Assembly: GCA_964016885.1 (NCBI GenBank)
Contig: CAXHJY010001685.1
Location: 17,799 to 81,798 of the forward strand
Length of the DNA: 64,000 nucleotides
Origin: Eledone cirrhosa
Taxonomy: Eukaryota
Direction of reading: 5' to 3'
Each line of letters opens with the position of its first letter. Position 1 is the first letter of the stretch. A program made the position numbers and the translations under genes. Below are positions 33,401 to 49,100 of this stretch, one piece after another. Below the pieces are notes generated by a model, which saw only the letters and a list, made by a program, of their open reading frames with translations, searched no databases and was not told the origin of the DNA.

Positions 33401-36400
33401 ACTACAGTACTAATCTATATGTTGAGAACACTACAATACTAATCTATATATTGACAACACTAAAGTACTAATCTATATGTTGAGAACACTACAATACTAA
33501 TCTATATGTTGAGAACACTACAATACTAATCTATATGTTGAGAACACTACCATATTAATCTATATGTTGAGAACACTACAATACTAATCTATATGTTGAC
33601 AACACTAAAGTACTAATCTATATGTTGAGAACACTACAATACTAATCTATATATTGAGAACACTACAGTACTAATCTATATGTTGAGAACACTACAGTAC
33701 TAATCTATAAGTTGAGAACACTACAATACTAATCTATATGTTGAGAATACTACAATACTAATCTATATCTTGAGAACACTACAATACTAATCTATATGTT
33801 GAGAACACTACAATACTAATCTATATCTTGAGAACACTACAATACTAATCTATATGTTGAGAACACTACAATACTAATCAATATCTTGAGAACACTACAA
33901 TACTAATCTATATGTTGAGAACACTACAATACTAATCTATATGTTGAGAACACTACAAAACTAATCTATATGTTGAGAACACTACAATATTAATCACTAT
34001 GTCGAGAACACTACAATATTAATCTATATGTTGAGAACACTACAAAACTAATCTATATGTTGAGAACACTACAATATTAATCACTATGTTGAGAACACTA
34101 CAATACTAATCTAAATGTCGAGAACACTACAATACTAATCTATATGTTGAGAAAACTACAATACTAATCTATATGTTGAGAAAACTACAATACTAATCTA
34201 TATGTTGAGAACACTACAATACTAATCTATATCTTGAGAACACTACAATACTAATCTATATGTTGAGAACACTACAATACTAATCTATATCTTGAGAACA
34301 CTACAATACTAATCTATATCTTGAGAACACTACAATACTAATCTATATGTTGAGAACACTACAATACTAATCTATATGTTGAGAACACTACAATACTAAT
34401 CTATATGTTGAGAACACTACAATACTAATCTATATGTTGAGAACACTACAATACTAATCTATATGTTGAGAACAATACAAAACTAATCTATATGTTGAGA
34501 ATACTACAATATTAATCACTATGTTGAGAACACTACAATACTAATCTAAATGTCGAGAACACTACAATACTAATCTATATGTTGAGAACACTACAAAACT
34601 AATCTATATGTTGAGAACACTACAATATTAATCACTATGTTGAGAACACTACAAAACTAATCTATATGTTGAGAACACTACAATACTAATCTATATGTTG
34701 AGAACACTACAATACTAAACTAAATGTCGAGAACACTACAATACTAATCTATATGTTGAGAACACTACAATACTAATCTATATGTTGAGAACACTACAAT
34801 ACTAATCTATATGTTGAGAACACTACAATACTAATCTATATCTTGAGAACACTACAATACTAATCTATATGTTGAGAACACTACAATACTAATCTATATG
34901 TTGAGAACACTACAAAACTAATCTATATGTTGAGAACACTACAATATTAATCACTATGTTGAGAACACTACAATACTAATCTAAATGTCGAGAACACTAC
35001 AATACTAATCTATATGTTGAGAACACTACAATACTAATCTATATGTTGAGAACACTACAATACTAATCTATATGTTGAGAACACTACAAAACTAATCTAT
35101 ATGTTGAGAACACTACAATATTAATCACTATGTTGAGAACACTACAATACTAATCTATATGTTGAGAACACTACAATACTAATCTATATGTTGAGAACAC
35201 TACAATACTAATCTATATGTTGAGAAAAACTACAATATTAATCTATATGTTGAGAACACTACACTACTAATCTATATGTTGAGAACACTACAATATTAAT
35301 CTCTATGTTGAGAACACTACAATACTAATCTATATGTTGAGAACACTACAATATTAATCTCTATGTTGAGAACACTACAATACTAATCTATATGTTGAGA
35401 ACACTACACTACTAATCTATATGTTGAGAACACTACAATATTAATCTCTATGTTGAGAACACTACAATACTAATCTATATGTTGAGAACACTACAATATT
35501 AATCTCTATGTTGAGAACACTACAATACTAATCTATATGTTGAGAACACTACAATACTAATCTATATATTTAGAACACTACAGTACTAATCTATATGTTG
35601 AGAAAACTACACTACTAATCTATATGATGAGAACACTACAATACTAATCTATATCTTGAGAACACTACAATACTACTCTATATGTTGAGAACACTACAAT
35701 ACTAATCTATATGTTGAGAACACTACAGTACTAATCTCCATGTTGAGAACACTACAATACTAATCTATATGTTGAGAACACTACAATATTAATCTCTATG
35801 TTGAGAACACTACAGTACTAATCTCCATGTTGAGAACACTACAATACTAATCTATATGTTGAGAACACTACAATACTAATCTATATGTTGAGAACACTAC
35901 AATACTAATCTATATGTTGAGAACACTACAATACTAATCTATATGTTGAGAACACTGCAATACTAATCTATATGTTAAGAACACTTCAATACTAATCTAT
36001 ATGTTGAGAACACTACAATACTAATTATATGTTGAGAATACTACAATACTAATCTATATGTCGAGAACACTACAATACTAATCTATATGTTGAGAACACT
36101 ACAATACTAATCTATATGTTAAGAACACTACAATACTAACCTATATGTTGAGAACACAGCAGTACTAATCTATATGTTGAGAACACTACAATACTAATCT
36201 ATATGTTGACAACACTACAATGCTAATCTATATGTTGAGAAAACTACAATACTAATCTATATCTTGAGAACACTACAATACTAATCTATATGTTGAGAAC
36301 ACTACAATACTAATCTATATCTTGAGAACACTACAATACTAATCTAAATGTTGAGAACAATACAAAACTAATCTATATGTTGAGAACACTACAATATTAA

Positions 36401-39400
36401 TCACTATGTTGAGAACACTACAATACTAATCTAAATGTCGAGAACACTACAATACTAATCTATATGTTGAGAACACTACAATACTAATCTATATGTTGAG
36501 AACACTACAAAACTAATCTATATGTTGAGAACACTACAATATTAATCACTATGTTGAGAACACTACAATACTAAACTAAATGTCGAGAACACTACAATAC
36601 TAATCTATATGTTGAGAACACTACAATACTAATCTATATGTTGAGAACACTACAATACTAATCTATATGTTGAGAACACTACAATACTAATCTATATGTT
36701 GAGAACACTACAATACTAATCTATATGTTGAGAACACTACAATACTAATCTATATGTTGAGAACACTACAAAACTAATCTATATGTTGAGAACACTACAA
36801 TATTAATCACTATGTTGAGAACACTACAATACTAATCTAAATGTCGAGAACACTACAATACTAATCTATATGTTGAGAACACTACAATACTAATCTATAT
36901 GTTGAGAACACTACAATACTAATCTATATGTTGAGAACACTACAAAACTAATCTATATGTTGAGAACACTACAATATTAATCACTATGTTGAGAACACTA
37001 CAATACTAATCTAAATGTCGAGAACACTACAATACTAATCTATATGTTGAGAACACTACAATACTAATCTATATGTTGAGAACACTACAATACTAATCTA
37101 TATGTTGAAAACACTACAAAACTAATCTATATGTTGAGAACACTACAATATTAATCACTATGTTGAGAACACTACAATACTAATCTAAATGTCGAGAACA
37201 CTACAATACTAATCTATATGTTGAGAACACTACAATACTAATCTATATGTTGAGAACACTACAATACTAATCTATCTGTTGAGAACACTACAATACTAAT
37301 CTATATGTTGAGAACACTACAATATTAATCTATATGTTGAGAACACTACACTACTAATCTATATGTTGAGAACACTACAATATTAATCTCTATGTTGAGA
37401 ACACTACAATACTAATCTATATGTTGAGAACACTACAATATTAATCTCTATGTTGAGAACACTACAATACTAATCTATATGTTGAGAACACTACACTACT
37501 AATCTATATGTTGAGAACACTACAATATTAATCTCTATGTTGAGAACACTACAATACTAATCTATATGTTGAGAACACTACAATATTAATCTCTATGTTG
37601 AGAACACTACAATACTAATCTATATGTTGAGAACACTACAATACTAATCGATATGTTGAGAACACTAAAGTACTAATCTATATGTTAAGAACACTACAAT
37701 ACTAATCTAAATGTTGAGAACACTACAGTACTAATCTCTATGTCGAGAACACTACAATACTAAGCTATATGTTGAGAACTCTACAGTACTAATCTATATG
37801 TTGAGAACACTACAGTACTAATCTCTATGTCGAGAACACTACAATACTAATCTATATGTTGAGAACACTACAGTATTAATCTCCATGTTGAGAATACTAC
37901 AATACTAATCTATATGTTGAGAACACTACAATATTAATCTCTATGTTGAGAATACTACAATACTAATCTATATGATGATAACAATACAGTATTAATCTCC
38001 ATGTTGAGAATACTACAATACTAATCTATATGTTGAGAACACTACAATATTAATCTCTATGTCGAGAACACTACAATACTAATCTATATGTTGAGAACAC
38101 TACAGTATTAATCTCCATGTTGAGAATACTACAATACTAATCTATATGTTGAGAACACTACAATATTAATCTCTATGTTGAGAATACTACAATACTAATC
38201 TATATGTTGTGAAAACTACAGTACTAATCTATATGTTGAGAACACTACAATACTAATCTATATGTTGAGAACACTACAATACTAATCTATATGTTGAGAA
38301 CACTACAATACTAATCTATATGTTGAGAACACTACAATACTAATGTATATGTTGTGAAAACTACAGTACTAATCTATATGTTGAGAACGCTACAATACTA
38401 ATCTATATGTTGAGAACACTACAATACTAATCTATATGTTAAGAACACTACAATACTAATCTATATGTTGAGAACACTACAATACTAATCTATATGTTGA
38501 GAACACTTCAATACTAATCTATATGTTGAGAACACTACAATACTAATCTATATGTTAAGAACACTACAATACTAATCTATATGTTGAGAACACTACAATA
38601 CTAATCTATATGTTGACAACACTACAATACTAACCTATATGTTGAGAAAACTACAATACTAATCTATATAATGAGAACACTACAATACTAATCTATATGT
38701 TGAGAAGACTACGATATTAATCTATATGTTGAGAACACTACACTACTAATCTAAAGTTGAGAACACTACAATACTAATCTATATGTTGAGAACACTACAA
38801 TACTAATCTATATGTTGAGAACACTACAATACTAATCTATATGTTGAGAACACTACAATACTAATCTATATGTTGAGAACACTACAATACTAATCTATAT
38901 GTTGAGAACACTACAATACTAATATATATGTTGAGAACACTACAATATTAATCTATATGTTGAGAACACTACAATACTAATCTATATGTTGAGAACACTA
39001 CAATACTAATCTATATGTTGAGAACACTACAATACTAATCTATATGTTGAGAACACTACAATACTAATCTATATGTTGAGAACACTACAATACTAATCTA
39101 TATGTTGAGAACACTACAATACTAATCTATATGTTGAGAACACTACAATACTAATCTATATGTTGAGAACACTACAATACTAATCTATATCTTGAGAACA
39201 CTACAATACTAATCTATATCTTGAGAACACTACAATACTAATCTATATGTTGAGAACACTACAGTACTAATCTATATGTTGAGAACACTACAATACTAAT
39301 CTATATGTTGACAACACTAAAGTACTAATCTATATGTTGAGAACACTACAATACTAATCTATATGTTGAGAACACTACAATACTAATCTATATGTTGAGA

Positions 39401-42400
39401 ACACTACCATATAAATCTATATGTTGAGAACACTACAATACTAATCTATATGTTGACAACACTAAAGTACTAATCTATATGTTGAGAACACTACAATACT
39501 AATCTATATATTGAGAACACTACAGTACTAATCTATATGTTGAGAACACTACAGTACTAATCTATAGGTTGAGAACACTACAATACTAATTTATATGTTG
39601 AGAATACTACAATACTAATCTATATCTTGAGAACACTACAATACTAATCTATATGTTGAGAACACTACAATACGAATCTATATCTTGAGAACACTACAAT
39701 ACTAATCTATATGTTGAGAACACTACAATACTAATCAATATCTTGAGAACACTACAATACTAATCTATATGTTGAGAACACTACAATACTAATCTATATG
39801 TTGAGAACACTACAAAACTAATCTATATGTTGAGAACACTACAATATTAATCATTATGTCGAGAACACTACAATATTAATCTATATGTTGAGAACACTAC
39901 AAAACTAATCTATATGTTGAGAACACTACAATATTAATCACTATGTTGAGAACACTACAATACTAATCTAAATGTCGAGAACACTACAATACTAATCTAT
40001 ATGTTGAGAAAACTACAATACTAATCTATATGTTGAGAACACTACAATACTAATCTATATGTTGAGAACACTACAATACTAATATATATGTTGAGAACAC
40101 TACAATATTAATCTATATGTTGAGAACACTACAATACTAATCTATATGTTGAGAACACTACAATACTAATCTATATGTTGAGAACACTACAATACTAATC
40201 TATATGTTGAGAACACTACAATACTAATCTATATGTTGAGAACACTACAATACTAATCTATATGTTGAGAACACTACAATACTAATCTATATGTTGAGAA
40301 CACTACAATACTAATCTATATGTTGAGAACACTACAATACTAATCTATATCTTGAGAACACTACAATACTAATCTATATCTTGAGAACACTACAATACTA
40401 ATCTATATGTTGAGAACACTACAGTACTAATCTATATGTTGAGAACACTACAATACTAATCTATATGTTGACAACACTAAAGTACTAATCTATATGTTGA
40501 GAACACTACAATACTAATCTATATGTTGAGAACACTACAATACTAATCTATATGTTGAGAACACTACCATATTAATCTATATGTTGAGAACACTACAATA
40601 CTAATCTATATGTTGACAACACTACAAAACTAATCTATATGTTGAGAACACTACAATATTAATCATTATGTCGAGAACACTACAATATTAATCTATATGT
40701 TGAGAACACTACAAAACTAATCTATATGTTGAGAACACTACAATATTAATCACTATGTTGAGAACACTACAATACTAATCTAAATGTCGAGAACACTACA
40801 ATACTAATCTATATGTTGAGAAAACTACAATACTAATCTATATGTTGAGAAAACTACAATACTAATCTATATGTTGAGAACACTACAATACTAATCTATA
40901 TCTTGAGAACACTACAATACTAATCTATATGTTGAGAACACTACAATACTAATCTCTATGTTGAGAACACTACAATACTAATCTATATCTTGAGAACACT
41001 ACAATACTAATCTATATGTTGAGAACACTACAATACTAATCTATATGTTGAGAACACTACAATACTAATCTATATCTTGAGAACACTACAATACTAATCT
41101 ATATGTTGAGAACACTACAAAACTAATCTATATGTTGAGAACACTACAATACTAATCTCTATGTTGAGAACACTACAATATTAATCACTATGTTGAGAAC
41201 ACTACAATACTAATTTAAATGTCGAGAACACTACAATACTAATCTATATGTTGAGAACACTACAATACTAATCTATATGTTGAGAACACTACAATACTAA
41301 TCTATATGTTGAGAACACTACAATACTAATCTATATGTTGAGAACACTACAATATTAATCACTATGTTGAGAACACTACAATACTAATCTAAATGTCGAG
41401 AACACTACAATACTAATCTATATGTTGAGAACACTACAATACTAATCTATATGTTGAGAACACTACAATACTAATCTATATGTTGAGAACAATACAAAAC
41501 TAATCTATATGTTGAGAACACTACAATATTAATCACTATGTTGAGAACACTACAATTCTAATCTAAATGTCGAGAACACTACAATACTAATCTATATGTT
41601 GAGAACACTACAATACTAATCTATATGTTGAGAACACTACAAAACTAATCTATATGTTGAGAACACTACAATATTAATCACTATGTTGAGAACACTACAA
41701 TACTAAACTAAATGTCGAGAACACTACAATACTAATCTATATGTTGAGAACACTACAATACTAATCTATATGTTGAGAACACTACAATACTAATCTATAT
41801 GTTGAGAACACTACAATACTAATCTATATCTTGAGAACACTACAATACTAATCTATATGTTGAGAACACTACAATACTAATCTATATGTTGAGAACACTA
41901 CAAAACTTATCTATATGTTGAGAACACTACAATATTAATCACTATGTTGAGAACACTACAAATACTAATCTAAATGTCGAGAACACTACAATACTAATCT
42001 ATATGTTGAGAACACTACAATACTAATCTATATGTTGAGAACACTTCAATACTAATCTATATGTTGAGAACACTACAATACTAATCTATATGTTGAGAAC
42101 ACTACAATACTAATCTATATGTTAAGAACACTACAATACTAATCTATATGTTGAGAACACTACAATACTAATCTATATGTTGACAACACTACAATACTAA
42201 CCTATATGTTGAGAAAACTACAATACTAATCTATATAATGAGAACACTACAATACTAATCTATATGTTGAGAAGACTACGATATTAATCTATATGTTGAG
42301 AACACTACACTACTAATCTAAATGTTGAGAACACTACAATACTAATCTATATGTTGAGAACACTACAATACTAATCTATATGTTGAGAACACTACAATAC

Positions 42401-45400
42401 TAATCTATATGTTGAGAACACTACAATATTAAGCTATATGTTGAGAACACTACAATACTAATCTATATGTTGAGAAAACTACAGTACTAATCTATATGTT
42501 GAGAACACTACAATACTAATCTATATGTTGAGAACACTACAATACTAATCTATATGTTGAGAACACTACAATACTAATCTATATGTTGAGAACACTACAA
42601 TACTAATCTATATGTTGAGAACACTACAATACTAATATATATGTTGAGAACACTACAATATTAATCTATATGTTGAGAACACTACAATACTAATCTATAT
42701 GTTGAGAACACTACAATACTAATCTATATGTTGAGAACACTACAATACTAATCTATATGTTGAGAACACTACAATACTAATCTATATGTTGAGAACACTA
42801 CAATACTAATCTATATGTTGAGAACACTACAATACTAATCTATATGTTGAGAACACTACAATACTAATCTATATGTTGAGAACACTACAATACTAATCTA
42901 TATCTTGAGAACACTACAATACTAATCTATATCTTGAGAACACTACAATACTAATCTATATGTTGAGAACACTACAGTACTAATCTATATGTTGAGAACA
43001 CTACAATACTAATCTATATGTTGACAACACTAAAGTACTAATCTATATGTTGAGAACACTACAATACTAATCTATATGTTGAGAACACTACAATACTAAT
43101 CTATATGTTGAGAACACTACCATATTAATCTATATGTTGAGAACACTACAATACTAATCTATATGTTGACAACACTAAAGTACTAATCTATATGTTGAGA
43201 ACACTACAATACTAATCTATATATTGAGAACACTACAGTACTAATCTATATGTTGAGAACACTACAGTACTAATCTATAGGTTGAGAACACTACAATACT
43301 AATCTATATGTTGAGAACACTACAATACTAATCTATATGTTGAGAACACTACAAAACTAATCTATATGTTGAGAACACTACAATATTAATCACTATGTCG
43401 AGAACACTACAATATTAATCTATATGTTGAGAACACTACAAAACTAATCTATATGTTGAGAACACTACAATATTAATCACTATGTCGAGAACACTACAAT
43501 ATTAATCTATATGTTGAGAACACTACAAAACTAATCTATATGTTGAGAACACTACAATACTAATCTATATGTTGAGAACACTACAAAACTAATCTATATG
43601 TTGAGAACACTACAATATTAATCACTATGTCGAGAACACTACAATACTAATCTATATGTTGAGAAAACTACAATACTAATCTATATGTTGAGAAAACTAC
43701 AATACTAATCTATATGTTGAGAACACTACAATACTAATCTATATCTTGAGAACACTACAATACTAATCTATATGTTGAGAACACTACAATACTAATCTAT
43801 ATCTTGAGAACACTACAATACTAATCTATATCTTGAGAACACTACAATACTAATCTATATGTTGAGAACACTACAATACTAATCTATATGTTGAGAACAC
43901 TACAATACTAATCTATATCTTGAGAACACTACAATACTAATCTATATGTTGAGAACACTACAAAACTAATCTATATGTTGAGAACACTACAATACTAATC
44001 TCTATGTTGAGAACACTACAATATTAATCACTATGTTGAGAACACTACAATACTAATTTAAATGTCGAGAACACTACAATACTAATCTATATGTTGAGAA
44101 CACTACAATACTAATCTATATGTTGAGAACACTACAATATTAATCACTATGTTGAGAACACTACAATACTAATCTAAATGTCGAGAACACTACAATACTA
44201 ATCTATATGTTGAGAACACTACAATACTAATCTATATGTTGAGAACACTACAATACTAATCTATATGTTGAGAACAATACAAAACTAATCTATATGTTGA
44301 GAACACTACAATATTAATCACTATGTTGAGAACACTACAATACTAATCTAAATGTCGAGAACACTACAATACTAATCTATATGTTGAGAACACTACAATA
44401 CTAATCTATATGTTGAGAACACTACAAAACTAATCTATATGTTGAGAACACTACAATATTAATCACTATGTTGAGAACACTACAATACTAAACTAAATGT
44501 CGAGAACACTACAATACTAATCTATATGTTGAGAACACTACAATACTAATCTATATGTTGAGAACACTACAATACTAATATATATGTTGAGAACACTACA
44601 ATACTAATCTATATCTTGAGAACACTACAATACTAATCTATATGTTGAGAACACTACAATACTAATCTATATGTTGAGAACACTACAAAACTAATCTATA
44701 TGTTGAGAACACTACAATATTAATCACTATGTTGAGAACACTACAATACTAATCTAAATGTCGAGAACACTACAATACTAATCTATATGTTGAGAACACT
44801 ACAATACTAATCTATATGTTGAGAACACTACAATACTAATCTATATGTTGAGAACACTACAAAACTAATCTATATGTTGAGAACACTACAATATTAATCA
44901 CTATGTTGAGAACACTACAATACTAATCTAAATGTCGAGAACACTACAATACTAATCTATATGTTGAGAACACTACAATACTAATCTATATGTTGAGAAC
45001 ACTACAATACTAATCTATATGTTGAGAACACTACAATACTAATCTATATGTTGAGAAAAACTACAATATTAATCTATATGTTGAGAACACTACACTACTA
45101 ATCTATATGTTGAGAACACTACAATATTAATCTCTATGTTGAGAACACTACAATACTAATCTATATGTTGAGAACACTACAATATTAATCTCTATGTTGA
45201 GAACACTACAATACTAATCTATATGTTGAGAACACTACACTACTAATCTATATGTTGAGAACACTACAATATTAATCTCTATGTTGAGAACACTACAATA
45301 CTAATCTATATGTTGAGAACACTACAATATTAATCTCTATGTTGAGAACACTACAATACTAATCTATATGTTGAGAACACTACAATACTAATCTATATAT

Positions 45401-46100
45401 TTAGAACACTACAGTACTAATCTATATGTTGAGAAAACTACACTACTAATCTATATGATGAGAACACTACAATACTAATCTATATCTTGAGAACACTACA
45501 ATACTACTCTATATGTTGAGAACACTACAATACTAATCTATATGTTGAGAACACTACAGTACTAATATCCATGTTGAGAACACTACAATACTAATCTATA
45601 TGTTGAGAACACTACAATATTAATCTCTATGTTGAGAACACTACAGTACTAATCTCCATGTTGAGAACACTACACTACTAATCTATATGTTGAGAACACT
45701 ACAATACTAATCTATATGTTGAGAACACTACAATACTAATCTATATGTTGAGAACACTACAATACTAATCTATATGTTGAGAACACTGCAATACTAATCT
45801 ATATGTTAAGAACACTTCAATACTAATCTATATGTTGAGAACACTACAATACTAATTATATGTTGAGAACACTACAATACTAATCTATATGTCGAGAACA
45901 CTACAATACTAATCTATATGTTGAGAACACTACAATACTAATCTATATGTTAAGAACACTACAATACTAATCTATATGTTGAGAACACAACAGTACTAAT
46001 CTATATGTTGAGAACACTACAATACTAATCTATATGTTGACAACACTACAATGCTAATCTATATGTTGAGAAAACTACAATACTAATCTATATCTTGAGA
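21500..46100. repeat. Higher-order repeat zone with five copies of a multi-kb block (spacing 3.6-6.4 kb); boundaries approximate
   Basis: The marker GAGAAGACTACGATATT has GACT at 21827, 26324, 32675, 38707 and 42274 (spacings 4497, 6351, 6032, 3567). The 30-bp unit TTGAGAAAAACTAC occurs at 24691, 29188, 35220 and 45051. Confidence 0.85.
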
Positions 46101-49100
46101 ACACTACAATACTAATCTATATGTTGAGAACACTACAATACTAATCTATATGTTGAGAACACTACAATACTAATCTATATGTTGAGAACAATACAAAACT
46201 AATCTATATGTTGAGAACACTACAATATTAATCACTATGTTGAGAACACTACAATACTAATCTAAATGTCGAGAACACTACAATACTAATCTATATGTTG
46301 AGAACACTACAATACTAATCTATATGTTGAGAACACTACAAAACTAATCTATATGTTGAGAACACTACAATATTAATCACTATGTTGAGAACACTACAAT
46401 ACTAAACTAAATGTCGAGAACACTACAATACTAATCTATATGTTGAGAACACTACAATACTAATCTATATGTTGAGAACACTACAATACTAATCTATATG
46501 TTGAGAACACTACAATACTAATCTATATCTTGAGAACACTACAATACTAATCTATATGTTGAGAACACTACAATACTAATCTATATGTTGAGAACACTAC
46601 AAAACTAATCTATATGTTGAGAACACTACAATATTAATCACTATGTTGAGAACACTACAATACTAATCTAAATGTCGAGAATACTACAATACTAATCTAT
46701 ATGTTGAGAACACTACAATACTAATCTATATGTTGAGAACACTACAATACTAATCTATATGTTGAGAACACTACAAAACTAATCTATATGTTGAGAACAC
46801 TACAATATTAATCACTATGTTGAGAACACTACAATACTAATCTAAATGTCGAGAACACTACAATACTAATCTATATGTTGAGAACACTACAATACTAATC
46901 TATATGTTGAGAACACTACAATACTAATCTATATGTTGAGAACACTACAATACTAATCTATATGTTGAGAACACTACAATATTAATCTATATGTTGAGAA
47001 CACTACACTACTAATCTATATGTTGAGAACACTACAATATTAATCTCTATGTTGAGAAAACTACAATACTAATCTATATGTTGAGAACACTACAATATTA
47101 ATCTCTATGTTGAGAACACTACAATACTAATCTATATGTTGAGAACACTACACTACTAATCTATATGTTGAGAACACTACAATATTAATCTCTATGTTGA
47201 GAACACTACAATACTAATCTATATGTTGAGAACACTACAATATTAATCTCTATGTTGAGAACACTACAATACTAATCTATATGTTGAGAACACTACAATA
47301 CTAATCTATATATTTAGAACACTACAGTACTAATCTATATGTTGAGAAAACTACACTACTAATCTATATGATGAGAACACTACAATACTAATCTATATCT
47401 TGAGAACACTACAATACTAATCTATATGTTGAGAACACTACAATACTAATCTATATGTTGAGAACACTACAGTACTAATCTCCATGTTGAGAACACTACA
47501 ATACTAATCTATATGTTGAGAACACTACAATATTAATCTCTATGTTGAGAACACTACAGTACTAATCACCATGTTGAGAACACTACAATACTAATCTATA
47601 TGTTGAGAACACTACAATACTAATCTATATGTTGAGAACACTACAATACTAATCTATATGTTGAGAACACTACAATACTAATCTATATGTTGAGAACACT
47701 GTAATACTAATCTATATGTTAAGAACACTTCAATACTAATCTATATGTTGAGAACACTACAATACTAATCTATATGTTGAGAACACTACAATACTAATCT
47801 ATATGTTAAGAACACTACAATACTAATCTATATGTCGAGAACACTACAATACTAATCTATATGTTGAGAACACTACAATACTAATCTATATGTTAAGAAC
47901 ACTACAATACTAATCTATATGTTGAGAACACAACAGTACTAATCTATATGTTGAGAACACTACGATACTAATCTATATGTTGACAACACTACAATGCTAA
48001 TCTAAATGTTGAGAAAACTACAATACTAATCTATATAATGAGAACACTACAATACTAATCTATATGTTGAGAACACTACAATACTAATCTATATGTTGAG
48101 AACACTACAATACTAATCTATATGTTAAGAACACTACAATACTAATCTATATGTTGAGAACACTACAATACTAATCTATATGTTGAGAACACTTCAATAC
48201 TAATCTATATGTTGAGAACACTACAATACTAATCTATATGTTGAGAACACTACAATACTAATCTATATGTTGAGAACACTACAAAACTAATCTATATGTT
48301 GAGAACACTACAATATTAATCACTATGTTGAGAACACTACAATACTAATCTAAATGTCGAGAACACTACAATACTAATCTATATGTTGAGAACACTACAA
48401 TACTAATCTATATGTTGAGAACACTACAATACTAATCTATATGTTGAGAACACTACAAAACTAATCTATATGTTGAGAACACTACAATATTAATCACTAT
48501 GTTGAGAACACTACAATACTAATCTAAATGTCGAGAACACTACAATACTAATCTATATGTTGAGAACACTACGATACTAATCTATATGTTGAGAACACTA
48601 CAATACTAATCTATATGTTGAGAACACTACAATACTAATCTATATGTTGAGAACACTACAATACTAATCTATATGTTGAGAACACTACAATACTAATCTA
48701 TATGTCGAGAACACTACAATACTAATCTAAATGTCGAGAACACTACAATAATAATCTATATGTTGAGAACACTACAAAACTAATCTATATGTTGAGAACC
48801 CTACAAAACTAATCTATATGTTTAGAACACTACAATATTAATCACTATGTTGAGAACACTACAAACTAATCTAAATGTCGAGAACACTACAGTACTAATC
48901 TATATGTTGAGAACACTACAATACTAATCTATATGTTGAGAACACTACAATATTAATCACTATGTTGAGAACACTACAATACTAATCTATATGTTGAGAA
49001 CACTACAAAACTAATCTATATGTTGAGAACACTACAATATTAATCTCCATGTTGAGAACACTACAATACTAATCTCTATGTTGAGAACTTTACAGTACTA

